From the human T2T-CHM13v2.0 reference genome, Homo sapiens, in assembly GCF_009914755.1 (NCBI RefSeq), contig NC_060927.1: 64,000 nt of DNA, one strand, 5' to 3'. A program made the position numbers and the translations under genes. The notes below the pieces were generated by a model. That model made no database searches. It saw nothing but the letters and a program-made list of their open reading frames with translations, and was not told where the DNA came from. How positions within the stretch are numbered: the first letter of the stretch is position 1; each line of letters starts with the position of its first letter. Positions 1 through 13,589 of this stretch are shown piece after piece.

Positions 1-354
1 CTGATGGTTGTAAATGTGTGGTGTTATTTCTGAGGCCTCTATTCTGTTCCATTGGCCTATATCTCTGTTTTGGCCCCAGTACCATGCTGTTTTGGTTACT
101 GTAGCCTTGTAGTATAGTTTGAAGTCAGGTAGCCTGATGCCTCCAGCTTTGTTCTTTTGGTTTAGGATTGTCTTGGCAATGCGGGCTCTTTTTTGGTTCC
201 ATATGAACTTTAAAGTCGTTTTTTCCAGTTCTGTGAAGAAAGTCATTTGTAGCTTGATGAGGATGGCAGTGAGTCTGTAAATTACCTTGGGCAGTATGGC
301 CATTTTCACAATATTGATTCTTCCTATCCATGAGCATGGAATGTTCTTCCATTT
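1..354 (-). mobile_element. L1PA-type LINE-1 ORF2 fragment (5'-truncated end, continues left of the window)
   Basis: Close to young L1 ORF2 antisense (gaagtcaggtag...ttgggcagtatggccattttcac); abrupt switch to + strand L1 at 355. Confidence 0.9.
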
Positions 355-2802
355 CAAACAAACATATCTTAACAAATTAGAAACTCTTGAGGAAATTGAT
401 ACATTACAGGATACATACAAACTACAAGGATTGAATCAGGAAGAAATAGAAAACCTGAAGAAATCAATAATGAGTAAGGAGATCGAATCAATAATAAAAA
501 TCTCCCCCACCAAAAAGTCCAAGAACAGATGGCTTTACTTCTGAATTCTACCAAACATATATAGAAGAACTAACATGTACAAACTTCTCAAAGTGTTCCC
601 CAAAATTTGAAGGACAGGGAACTCTTTATACATTTTTCTATGAATCAAGCATTATCCTAATACCAACACAGACAAGAACACACCACCACCAGAAACAAAA
701 CAAGCCAAACCAAACACAAAGGCCCCTACAGGCCAATATCCCTGCTGAGCATAGGTACAAAATTCATTTTTAAAAAAAATCACCAAACTAAATCCAATAA
801 CATATCAAAAAGATAATGCACCATGATCAAGTGGAATTTATCTCGGGGATACAAGGATGATTCAACATAGGCAAATCAATAAATCTGATGCATCACACCA
901 ACAACTAAAGAACAACTGATCATTTCACTTGATTCAGAAAACGCATTTAATAAAATTCCCTTTGTGATTAAAACTCTCTACAAATTATACATAGAAGGAA
1001 CATACTTTAACATAATAAAGGCTATATATGATAAACCCACTTCTAGCATCATACTGAATGAGGAGAATCTGGAGCCATTCCCTAAGAACAAAAACAAGGA
1101 TGACCACTTTTCCCATTTTAATTCAACATGGTACCGCAAGTCCTAGCAAAAGCAATGAGAAAAGAGAAAGAAATAATGGTATTTAAATCGGAAATTGGGA
1201 GTCAAATTGTTCCTCTCTGCATATGGCATGGTTTTATATACAGAAAAATCTAAAACATCACAAAAAAACTCTTAGAACTGTGAACAAATTCAGTAAAGTT
1301 TCAGGATACAAATTTAATAGAAAAAATTAGTAGCATGTCTAATCATTGGTAATTAACTAGATGAAAGAGAAATCAAGAAAAAAATCCCATTTACAATAGC
1401 TTCAAAAAGTAAGAATAAATATAAACAGGAAGGTGAAAATTCTTTATAAGAAAAACTAGAAAACATTGATGAAAGTTGAAGAGGACACAAACAAATAGAA
1501 AGACAATCCATGTTCATGGGTTGGAAAAATTAATATTGTTGACATGATCAAACTACCCAAAGTAATCAACAGATTCAATGCAATCCCTATCAAAATACAA
1601 AAGATATTCTTTACAAAAATAGTACAAGCAATCCTAAAATTTGTATGGCACCACAAAATAACTTGAATAGCCAAAGCAATTTGATTAAAAAGAACAAAGC
1701 TTTAGGCATTACACTACCTGACTTTAAAATATACTACAAATCTTTACTAATCAAGACATCATGGCATTGGTATAAAAGCAGACACATAAACCAATGAAGC
1801 AGAATAAAGAACTTAAAATAAGTCCACATATTGACAATCAACCGATATTTGACAAAGGTGCCAAGAACATCCATTGGGGAAAAGATATCCTCTTTAACAA
1901 ATATTGCTAGGAAAACTGGATATCTATATGCAGAAAAATAAACCTAGACCCCATATTTTCATCATATACAAAAATCACTCAAAATATGTAACAACTAAAA
2001 TGTAACACTCAAACCTATTTTTTAAAACTAGAAGAAAACATAGGGAAAACACTTTGGGATATTTGCAAAAATTTTATGGCTAGGACCTCAAATGCACACA
2101 CAGTTAAAAAAAAAAATAAAGAAATGGGACAGGAAAGCTGAAAAGCTTCTGCACAGCAAAGGAAAGGACATAATCTACCAAGTGAAGAGACATCTGTGGA
2201 ATGGGAGGAAGTATTTGCAAACTATATTTCCATCAGAAGACCAATATCTAGCATATACAAAGAACTCAAACAAAAATACATCAAAAACCAATAATCTCAT
2301 TAAAAAGTGGGCAAAAGATTTGAATAAACATTTATCAAAAGAAGACATCCAAATGGCCAACAGGTATATGAAAAAATACTCAATATCACTAGTTATCAGG
2401 GAAAAGCAAATCAAAACTACAATGAGATGTCATCTAATCCCAGTTAGAATGCTGTTATCAAAAAGACAAGAAATAACACATGAAGATAAAAATGTGGAGA
2501 AGTGGGAACTCTTACATATTGCTAGGGGAAATGTAAATTAGTATAGCCATTATAGAAAACAGTACGAGGGTTTCTCAAAACCTAAAAATCTGACTACCAT
2601 GTGTTCCAACTATCTCACTACTGGACATTTATCCAAAAGAAAAGAAAAGGGTATATCAAAGGTATATACTCATTTTAGGATTGCCTGTACTATTTTTGTA
2701 AAGAATATCTTGCACTCGTATGTTTATTGCAGTACTATTCACAAAAGCTAAGCTATTGTATCAACCTATGTGCCCATCAATGGATGAAAAAAGAAAATGT
2801 GG

Positions 2803-5800
2803 GGAGATCATAGGATCGTGGTGGATGGGAGGCAGGACTAGATTGCAGCTCTGACTCAGACAGACAGAGCAGTGTGTGGAGGCTCGCATCATGAATTTTT
2901 GCAGGAATAAATCAGGAAATCTGAGAGGACCCACAGACCCTCTGAAGGAAGTAGATTGCTCCTGCAGGACTCAGGAGACACCCCATATTCTGTGAGTGCC
3001 CAAACTGTAAAAGTGGGAAAGGAAGATTGTCCACCCCAGAACACACACCCTCACTGGGGAAACCGAAGTTCTAGATTATGGGAGGAGATTCTGACCTTAA
3101 CTGGAACTGAATCAATTTAGAGAGCTTAGCAAAATACAGGGGTAGAGGAAGCAGCAGGAAAAGCCCTGTGACCTTGCTGGGTCACCTAGCAAACCATTTC
3201 TGCCTGGCCTCACAGGGGTCCTTCAGAAGGGCAGCCAGAGGTACTGGAAAAAGGCCACTGGGAGAAGGAAATCTCCACTGAACTTTGGAACAATTTGTAC
3301 TGATCGAGAAGTCTCCTGGCCAGAACTCAGGGGAGGGCATGAATCTGGTGTGCAGACTCCACAGGCAGAGGAAGAAGGTAAGCCATACTTGCTTTTGCAG
3401 CTGGGGGGCAGGTAGCCTGGAGCAAGTTCTCAGCCCCGCTTACTCACTGCCTGGAAACAGACTTGGTGCTGTTGGTGGGGGCACAGAGGGAGTGAGACTG
3501 GCCCTTTGGATTGTGTGGGAACTGGATGAGGTCTGTGACTGATGGCTTTCCCCCACTTCCCTGACAACCAGCATGACACCATAGAGACAGCCATAATTCT
3601 CCCAGGAACATAACTCAAGTGACCGGGGAACCTCACCCCTATCCCCCACAGCAGCCACAGCAAGACCCACCCAAGGAGAATCTGAGCTCAGACATGCCTA
3701 GCCCTGCTCCCACCCATGGTCCTTCCCTTCCCACCCTGGTAACTGAAGACAAAGGGCATATACTTTTGGGAATTCTGGGGACCCACCTACCATCTGTTCC
3801 TCCCCATACTACTACAGCTGATGGTCTCTGGACAGTACCACTTCCTGGCAGGAAGCCAACCAACACAAAAATAGTGCATTAAACCACCAAAGCTAAGAAC
3901 TCTCACAGAGTTCATTTCACCCCCATGCCACCTCCACTTGAATGGGTTCTGGTATCCATGGCTGAGAGACCTATAGAAAGTTTACATCAAGGACTGTGCA
4001 GACAACCCCCAGTACCAGCCTGGAGCCTGGTAGACTTGCTGGATGGCTAGATCCAGAAGAGAGACAACAATCACTACAGCTCAGCTCTCAGAAAGCCACA
4101 TCCATAGGAAAAGGAGGAGAGTACTATACCAAGGGAACATGCCAGGGGACAAAAGAATCTGAACCACAGCCTTCAGCCCTAGACCTTTCCTCTGACAGAG
4201 CCAGAGGAAACTGGAAAAGAAACCAGAAAACCAACTCTGGTAATATGACAAAACAAGGTTCTTTAACACCCCCCAAAAATTGCAATAGCTCACTGTCAAT
4301 GGATCCAAACCAAGAAGAAATCCCTAATTTACCTGAAAAAGAATTCAGGAAGTTAGTTATTAAGCTAATCAGGGAGACAGCAGAAAAAGATGAAGGCCAA
4401 TGTAAGGGAAAAAAAAAAGATATCAGAAGTGAAGAGAGAAATATTCAACAAAGTAGATAGCATAAATAAAAAACAATCAAAACTTTAGGAAACAATTGAC
4501 ACACTTATAGAAATGCAAAATGCTGTGGAAAGTCTCAGCAATATAATCAAACAAGTAGAAGAAGCAAATTCAGAGTTCGAAGAAAAGGCCTTTGAATTAA
4601 CCCAATCCAACAAAGACAAAGAAAAAAGAATAAGAAAATATGAACAAAGCCTCCAAGAAGTCTGGAATTATGTTAAATGACAAAACCTAAGAATAATTGG
4701 TATTCCTGAGGAAGAATAGAAATCTAAGAGTTTGGAAAATATATTTGGGGGAATAATAAAGGAAAACTTCTCCAGCTTTGCTAGAGACCTAGACATCCAA
4801 ATATAAGAAGCACAAATTCATTGCAAAAAGATCATCACCTAGGTAAATTGTCATCAGGTTATCTAAAGTTAAGATGAAGGAAAGAAACTTAAGAGCTGTG
4901 AGATGAAAGCACCAGGTAACCTATAAAAGAAAACCTATCAGATTAATAGTCGGTTTCTCAGAAGAAACTCTACAAGCTTGAGGACATTGGGGCCCTATCT
5001 TTAGCCTCCTCAAACAAAACAATTATCAGCTAAGAATTTTGTATCCAGAAAAACTTTCATATATAAAGGAAAGATACAGTCATTTTCAGACAAACAAATG
5101 CTGAGAGAATTCACCACTACCAAGCCACCACTACAAGAACTGCTAAAAGGAGCTCTAAATCTTGAAACAAATCCTGGAAACACATCAAAACCAAACCTTT
5201 TTAAGTATAAATCTCACAGAACCTATAACACAAAAATACAATTTAAAAAACAAAATTGTAAAAATACAATTTAAAAAAACAAAAAACCAAGGTATACAGA
5301 AAACAAATAGCACGATGAATGGAATGGTACCTCATATCTCAATGCTAACATTGAATGTAAATGGCATAAATGCTCCACTTAAAAGATACAGAATTGCAGA
5401 ATGGATAAGAATTCTCCAACCCAACTATCTGTTGCCTTCAAAAGACTCACCTAGCATATAAGGACTCACATAACTCACATAAACTTAAGGTAAAGGGGTG
5501 GAAGAAGACATTTCATATAAATGGACACTAAAAGTGAGCAGGAGTAGTTATTCTTATATCAGACAAAACGAACTTTAAAGCCACAGCAGTTAAAAAAAAA
5601 AAGACAAAGAGGGACATTATATAATGATGAAAGACCTTGTCCAACAGGAAAATATCACAATCCTTGTCCAACGGGAAAATTTCACAATCCTAAACATATA
5701 TGCACCTAATACTGGAGCTCCCAAATTTATAAAACAATTACTAATACACCTAAGAAATGAGATAGACAGCAACACAATAATATTATTGTGTTGGTAATAA

Positions 5801-8800
5801 TAGGGCACTTCAATACTCCACTGACCACACTAGACAGGTCATCAAGACAGAAAGTCAACAAAGAAACAATAGATTTAAACTATACCCTGGAAAAAATGGA
5901 CTTAACGGATACAAACAGAACATTCCATCCAACAACCACAGAATATACATTCTATTCAACAGTCAATGGAACTTTCTTCAAGATAGACCATATGATAGGC
6001 CACAAAATGAGCCTCAATAAATTTTAAAAAGTTGAAATTACATCAAGCACTCTCTCAGACCAGAGTGGAATAAAACTGGAACTCAACTCCAAAAGCAACC
6101 TTCAAAACCAGGCAAATGCATGGAAATTAAATAACCTGCTCCTGAATGATCATTGGGTCAAAAGTGAAATCAAGATGGAAACTTAAAAATTATTTGAACT
6201 GAATGACAATAGTGACACAACCTATCAACACCTCTGGGATACAGCAAAGGCAGTGCTAAGAGGAAAGTTCATAGCCCTAAACACGTACACTGAAGTGTCT
6301 GAAGGAGCACAGACAATCTAAGGCCACACTTCAAGGAACTAGAGAAACAAGAACAAACCAAACCCAAACCCAAACCCAGCAGAAGAAAGGAAATAACCAA
6401 GATAAGAGCAGAACTAAATGAAATTGCAACAACAAAAATTACAAAAGCTAAATGAAATGAAAGCTAGTTCTTTGAAAAGATAAATAAAATTGATAGACCA
6501 TTAGCAAAAATAACCAAGAAAAGAAGAGAGAAAATCCAAATAAGTTCAATAAGAAATGAAACAGGAGATATTACAACTGACATCACAGAAATACAAAAGA
6601 TCATTCAAACCTACTATGTACTTTTTTTTGCACACAAACTAGAAAACCTAGAAGAGATGGATAAATTCCTGGAAAGATACAGCCCTCCTAGATTAAATAA
6701 AAAGGAATTTGATACCCTGAAAACACCAATAACAAGCAGCAAATTTGAAATGGTAATTTAAAAATTACCAACAAAAAAAAGGTCCAGAGCCACACAGATT
6801 CATAACAGAATTCTACCAGATAATCAGTGAAAAATTGGTACCAATCTATTGACACTATTACACAAGATAGAGAAAGGGGGAACCCTCCCTAGATCATTTT
6901 ATGAAGCCAGTATCACCCTAATACAAAAACCAGGAAAGGATATAAACAAGAATGAAAACCACAGACCAATATCCTTGATGAATACAGATGCTAAAATCCT
7001 TAACAAAATACTGGCTAACAGAATCCAACAACATATCAAAAAGATAATCCACCATAAGCAAGTGGATTTTATACCAGGGATGCAGGGATGGTTTAACATA
7101 TGCAAGTCAATAAATGTGGTACACCACATTAACAGTATTAAAAACAAAAATTATATAATCATCTTGATAGATGCAGAAAAAGCATTCAAAAAATCCAGCA
7201 TCTCTTTATGATTAAAACTCAGCAAACTTGGCATACAAGGGATATACCTCAATGTAATAAAAGCCATCTATGACAAAGCCACAGTCAACATAATACTGAA
7301 TGGGGATAACTTGAAAGCATTCCCTCTGAGAACTGGAACAAGACCAGAATGCCCACTGTCACCACTCCTCTCCAACCTAGTACTGAAAGTCCTAGCCATG
7401 GCAATCAAAAAAGAGAAAGAAATAAAGGGCATCCAAATCAGTAAAGAGGAAGTCAAACTGTTGCTGTTTGCTGATTATATGACTGTTTGTCTAGAAAACC
7501 CTAAAGACTCCTCCTAGAACTGATAAAAAAAATTCAGCTTCTAGAACTGATAAAAGAATTCAGCAAAGTTTCTGGATACAAAATTAATGTACACAAATCA
7601 GTAGCTCTTCTGCACACCAACAGCAACCAAGCTGAGAATCAAATTATGAACTCAATTCTTCTTACAATAGCTGAAAAAAAAAAAAAAAACTTTGGAATCT
7701 ACCTAACCAAGGAGGTGAAAGACCTCTACAAGGAAAACTACAAAAACACTGTCGAAAGAAATCATAGACAACGCAAACAAATGAAAACACATCACATGCT
7801 TATGGATGGGTAGAATCAATATTGTGAAAATGACCACACTGCCAAAAGCAATCTACAAATTCAACGCAATTACCATCAAAATACCACCATCATGCTTCAC
7901 AGAATTAGAAAAAAGCAATTTTAAAATTCATATGAAACCAAAAAAGAACCCACATAGCCAAAGCAAGACTAAGCAAGAAGAACAAATCTGGAGGCATCAC
8001 ATTACCTGATTTCAAACTATATTATAAGACCATAGTCACCAAAACAGCATGGTACTGGTATAAAAATAGGTACACAAACCAATGAAACAGAATAGAGAAT
8101 CCAGAAATAAACCCAAATACTTACAGCCAACTGATCTTCGACAAAGCAAAGAAAAACATAAAGTGGGGAAAGGACACCCTATTCAACAAATGGTGCTGGG
8201 ATAATTGGCTAGCCACATGTAGGAGAATGAGTCTGAATCCTCATCTCTCACCTTATACAAAAATCAACTCAAGATGGATTAAGGACTTAAATCTAAGACT
8301 GAAACTATAAAAATGCTAGATAACACTGGAAAAACACTTCTAGACGTTGGCTTTGGCAAGGATTTCATGACCAAGGACCCAACAGCAAATGCAATAAAAA
8401 CCAAAGATAAATAGATGGGACCTAATTAAGCTAAAGAGCTTTTCCACAGCAAAAGGAACGGTCAAGATAGTAAACAGACAACCCATAAAGTGAGAGAAAA
8501 TCTTCACAATCTATACCCTTGGCAAAGGACTAATATCCAGAATCTACAACAAACTCAAACAAATCAGCAAGAAAAAAACAAACAAAAAATCCCATCAGAA
8601 AGTGGGCTAAGGACATGAATAAACAATTCTCAAAAGAAGATATACAAATGGCCAAAAAATATGAAAAATGCTCAACATCACTAATAATCAGGGAAATGCA
8701 AATGAAAACCACAATGTGATACCACGTTACTCCTGCAAGAATGGTCATAATCAAAAAGCAAAAAATAGTAGATGTTGGTGTGGATGCAGTGAACAGGAAA

Positions 8801-9074
8801 CACTTCTACACTGCTGGTGGGAATGTAAACTAGTACAACCACTATGGAAAATGGTGTGGTGATTCCTTAAAGAACTAAAAGTAGAACTACCATTTGAACC
8901 AGCAATCCTACTATTGGGTATCTACCAGAGGAAAAGAAGCCATTATACAAAAAAGATACTTGCACACGCATGTTTATAGCAGCACAATTCACAACTGCAA
9001 AATCATGGAACCAACCAAAATCATGGAACCAACCAAATGCCCATCAATCAAGGAATGGATAGAGAAACTGTGAG

Positions 9075-9123
<49 letters not shown>

Positions 9124-9508
9124 GCACACAAACACACACACACACACAAAGGAATACTATTTAGCCATAAAAAGGACTGAATTCATGGCATTCACAGTGA
9201 CCTGGATGACTTTGGAAACTATTATTCTAAGTGAAGTAACTCAGGAATGGAAAACCAAATATTGTATGTTCTCACTCATAATTGGGAGCTAAGCTATGAG
9301 GATACAAAAGCATAAGAATGACACAATGGACTTTGGGGACTCAGGGGGAAAGAGTGGGAAGGAGGTGAGGGATAAAGGAGTAAAAAAAGGGTGCAGTGTA
9401 TACTCTTGGGTGATGAGTGTACCAAAATCTCACAAATCACTGCTAAAGAATTTACTCATGTAACCAAACACCACCTGTTCCCCAATAACCTGTGGAAATA
9501 AAAAAAAA
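2803..9508 (+). mobile_element. Full-length inactive L1PB (L1PB1/L1PBa-like)
   Basis: 5'UTR ggaggcaggactagattgcagctc, ORF1 from about 4210, ORF2 from about 5314 (MNGMVPHISMLTLNVNG) with stops and frameshifts, 3' end caccacctgttccccaataacc plus A-tail; AAAATGTGG duplicated at 2794-2802 and 9619-9627. Confidence 0.9.
9077..9148. repeat. (TA)n(CA)n compound microsatellite inside the L1PB
   Basis: Direct reading. Confidence 0.95.
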
Positions 9509-9677
9509 GTGCATCTTTTACTATTTGCTAATGCAAATGGCATAGTAAATTTGCAAATCACATTTCATTCTTATTTGCAGTGGCTGACACAAATGTAAAA
9601 ATCTCTTTATTAACAAAAAAAATGTGGTATATATACACAATGGAATACTATTCAGCCATTAAAAAAAGAATAAAATT

Positions 9678-12600
9678 GGTTGTCAGGGCTTCAAGATGCC
9701 TTCTTCACTAAGAAGAACCAAAATAGTGAGTAGATAATAACACTTTGAATACATTGTCCAAGAGAGAATATTAGAATTCAAGAGAAAAGTGACAGAAAAT
9801 ACCTAAAGAAAGGAAAAAGAGTGAAGCAAGCCAGCCTGCTCAGCTGGAATCAGCTGAGAGCCAGAAGAGACTTCCTGACACAGGGAAAATGTTGAGTGAG
9901 AGGCCTCCAGTAGTGCACATTCCTGCTGTGGACTCCTGCAAGCCCAGCCACAGGAGAATCCCTTGATCCTTGCAGACCCTGAAGCTGACACAAGGAGCTG
10001 CTGGAAAACTATGCAATGGCACTGCTTCAGAGAGGGAGCTTATATTGTGTTCTACAAACTCCCTGAGACCTAAGGTTCCATTTACACTGTTCTGGGGCCC
10101 AGAGGTGCTGGGGCTGAGGCACAAGCAAAGCATGGACTGCTCCCACTGGAACTGAACTTTAAGTGAGATGTGGGCTGAGATAGCTGGGGCTGAGGCATAA
10201 GCAAGGCATGGACATGGGATACTGCTGTATGGACTGAGGCATGAACAAGTTGTGGGCTACTGTCTCTGGCTGAGGCATGAATGTGACACCTTCTGGCCTG
10301 GACAGCCACCAATGAAGGCACCTCCTGCCACCTCCTGGGTGGCAGTACCACAGTGAGGCCACTGCTGCCTCTCACCTGAGCACTGTCAGGTGTTTGGGGA
10401 TAGCCCCATTCCTTACTACCATAGCTGGCACATACATCATAGAGGTCCCACATCATAGAGGTCCCAAGGACAAGCCCACTGAGCTCAGCTTCACTCCCCC
10501 TATGCCACAGCATGCAATCTGGGGGCCTGGAGATTTCCCGGCCCAGTCTACCAATGTTGACACTGGAGCACTCTTCCTGGGGGCCCATGGTGGGCCTATC
10601 ACCCTGCCACTCATGTCACACACAGGCCTAATTATTATTTCACCAACCACATCACAACCACTGACAACACAACTGCTTACCACTCTGGAACCAGCAGCTT
10701 GTCTTGCCACTGCTATTGCCATCACCCATGCCACACCAACTGTTCAGGGGCCCAAAAACTTACCCACTAACTGGCTCACCACTATCACTATCCACATCCA
10801 AGCTAGCTACCTGAGGACCCAAGTACTGGGCCATCTGGACCCACTAACACTGGTGTCCCATGTCACCCTGGGGCCCAAGGACAGGCACACTTGGCCCACT
10901 GCTGTCACCACTGGGGCTTGAAAATTAGTCCACCTGTTGTCCCAGTACCCAGCAAACCTTTATCACAGCCTCTACTAATAACCACAACCTAAACCACCAA
11001 GGAAATCACATATATCACTGATACTGTTTACAGCCAAAAAACAAACCAACAAACAAATTATACAAAGACAACACTACTGCAAGCAAGCATACAGAAGCAA
11101 AGCCATAGATAAATCTTCAAGAAAAAGTTCTCCACAATGAAAGCAAATTTAAAAATTGGAAGAAGTGAATGTTACATTAGATGCCCAGATATTAATATAA
11201 GGACCCAGGAAACATTAACAAGCAAGAAAATATGAAACCTCCAAAGGGAAAAATGATAATTCTCCAGCCAAAAATTTCAACCAAAAGCAAATTTAAGAAA
11301 TCCCAGAAAAAGAATTCAAATATTGATTTTTCAGAAGCCCATGAAATACAAGATAATTCTGAAAAACAACACAAAGAAATAAAAAAGCCAATTTAAGATA
11401 TAAATGAGAAATTTACCAAAGAGATAAATATCATAGCAGAAAACCAAACAGAAATTCTGGAACTGAAGAATTCATTGAATGAAATACAAAACACATTTGA
11501 AAGTCTCAACAATAGACTATATCAAGTAGAAAAGAAAATCTTAAAATTTGAAGACAGTTTTTTGAAATAACATAGACAAAAATAAAGAAAAATGGAAGAA
11601 GAATGAGCCAATCCTACATGACACATGGGACACCCCATAAAGGCACCAAATATTTGAATTTTTGAAGTCCCAGAAGGCAAAGAGAAAATGAGAAGTTTAG
11701 AAAACCTATTTCACCAGATAATAGATGAAAACTTCCCAAGTCTAACAAGATACAGGAGCCTCAAAGATCCCCAGATACAATACAAAAAGGTCTTCTCCAT
11801 GGCACAGTATAGTTAAAGTCAAAGACAGAGAATACTAAAGACAGCAAGAGATAAGCATCTAGTCTAGTCATCTATAAAGAAACTCCCTTTAGACTAACAG
11901 TGAACCTCTCAGCAGAAACATTATAGGCTAAGAGAAAATGAAATAATATATTCAAAGTGCTGAAAGAAAAAAACTGCCAGCCAAGATTATTATACCTAGC
12001 AAAATTATCCCTCATAAATGAAGAAGAAATAAAGTGTTTTCCAGATAAGAAATTGCTGAGGGAATTTTTCACTACTATACCCATTCTAAAAGAAATGTTA
12101 AAGGGAGTTGTACACCTGGAAGCAAAAGAATAGTACCTACTATCATGAAAACACAAGGAAACATAAAAACCACTGGTAGAGCAAACACATGAACAAGAAA
12201 GAGAAAAGAATAAAATGTCACCACTACAGAGGACTATTAAACTATGATAAGAAACAATAAAAGAAAAATAAGGAAATAATACACAAAACCACCAAAAATT
12301 ACATGATAAGAATAAACTCTCACATGTCAGTAACTTTGAATGTAAATGGATTAAACCTTCAACGTAAAAATATTAATTCACTAAATGGATTTTTAAAAAA
12401 TGATCTAACCATATACTGCAAATGAGAAACTTCCCTTACCAGGGAAGACGCACATAGATTGAAGGTAAAGGGACAAAAGAAGATAGGTTATCAAATCCAT
12501 ATGCACTATGCACAAGAGCAAAGATATGGAATAAACCTAAGTGTCCATAAATGGATGAATAGATAAAGAAAATATGGTGTATATGTACATAATGGAGTAC

Positions 12601-13107
12601 TATTCAGCCTTACAAAACAAGAAAATCATGTCATTGCAGCAACATGAATGGAACTGGAGGTCAATAAGTTACGTGAAATAAACTAGGCACAGAAAGAACA
12701 ATACCACATGTTTTCACTCATATGTGGGAACTAAAAAATTGATCTTATGAAGATAGAGAATAGAGTGATAGACACTGGAGGCTGGAGAAGTGTTTGGGTG
12801 GCAAGGGGCAATGAAGAGAGATTGATTAATGGGTATAAACACATCGTTAAATAAAAAAATATGTTTTACTGTTTGACAGCAACTAGGATGATTATAGTTA
12901 TCAATGATGCCTTTTATATTTCAACATAGCTAGAATAGAGAACTTGAAATGTTATCGACCCATCTAAATAATAAATAGTTAAGATGATTGATATTACAAA
13001 TACACTTACTTGATCATTATGTATTCTGTGTATGTAAAAAAAAACTCACATGAATCCCATAAATATGCATAATATATGTATTAATAAATGAAAAACTAAA
13101 AATTTTT
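9678..13107 (+). mobile_element. L1MA-type element with 5'UTR, ORF1 and 3'UTR but most of ORF2 deleted
   Basis: 5' start gggcttcaagatg, ORF1-like 11200-12130, ORF2 endonuclease start about 12310-12485, jump to ORF2 end/3'UTR about 12500; TSD aaagaat(a/g)aaatt at 9665-9677 and 13108-13120. Confidence 0.8.
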
Positions 13108-13589
13108 AAAGAATGAAATTATATCACTGACAACAAAATGAATGTAATTGGAGGTCATTGTGGTAAGTGACATAAGCCAGGCAGAGAAAGACAAATATCA
13201 CATTTTCATTCACATGTGGGAGCTAAAAATGTTGTTCTCATGAAGGTGGAGAGTAGAATGATGGTACTGGAGATAGGAAGTCTTTGGGAGAATCAAAAGA
13301 GGTTGGTTACTCTTATAAAGAAACAGTTAAATAGAAAGAATAAGTACTAGTGTTCAATAGCACAATAAGGTGACTATAGTTAACAATAATTTATTGAATA
13401 TTTCAAAATAGCTAGAAGAAAAGATTTGAAATTTTTCTAACACAAGTCATAAATGTTTGAGGTGATTTATATACTAATTATCTTTATTTTATCATTATAC
13501 ATTGCATTCATGTATCAAAATATCACATGTACCCCATAAAATATGTATGATTATTATGTATCAATGATTTTTTTAAAGAAATAAAGAGA

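Larger units (their letters stand above)
355..13585 (+). mobile_element. Old L1MA-type host LINE-1 (ORF2 3' part plus 3'UTR) in three pieces: 355-2802, 9619-9677, 13108-13585
   Basis: Decayed ORF2 peptides ([31 protein letters not shown]); the sequence reads continuously across two later insertions bounded by target-site duplications. Confidence 0.85.

Noticed and set aside
10105-10290. CRISPR-like repeat-spacer pattern
   Set aside because: Degenerate units inside a primate L1, with no cas genes.
10082-10921. 168-aa and 175-aa ORFs
   Set aside because: They lie in a GC-richer repetitive L1 5'UTR and have no recognisable domain.
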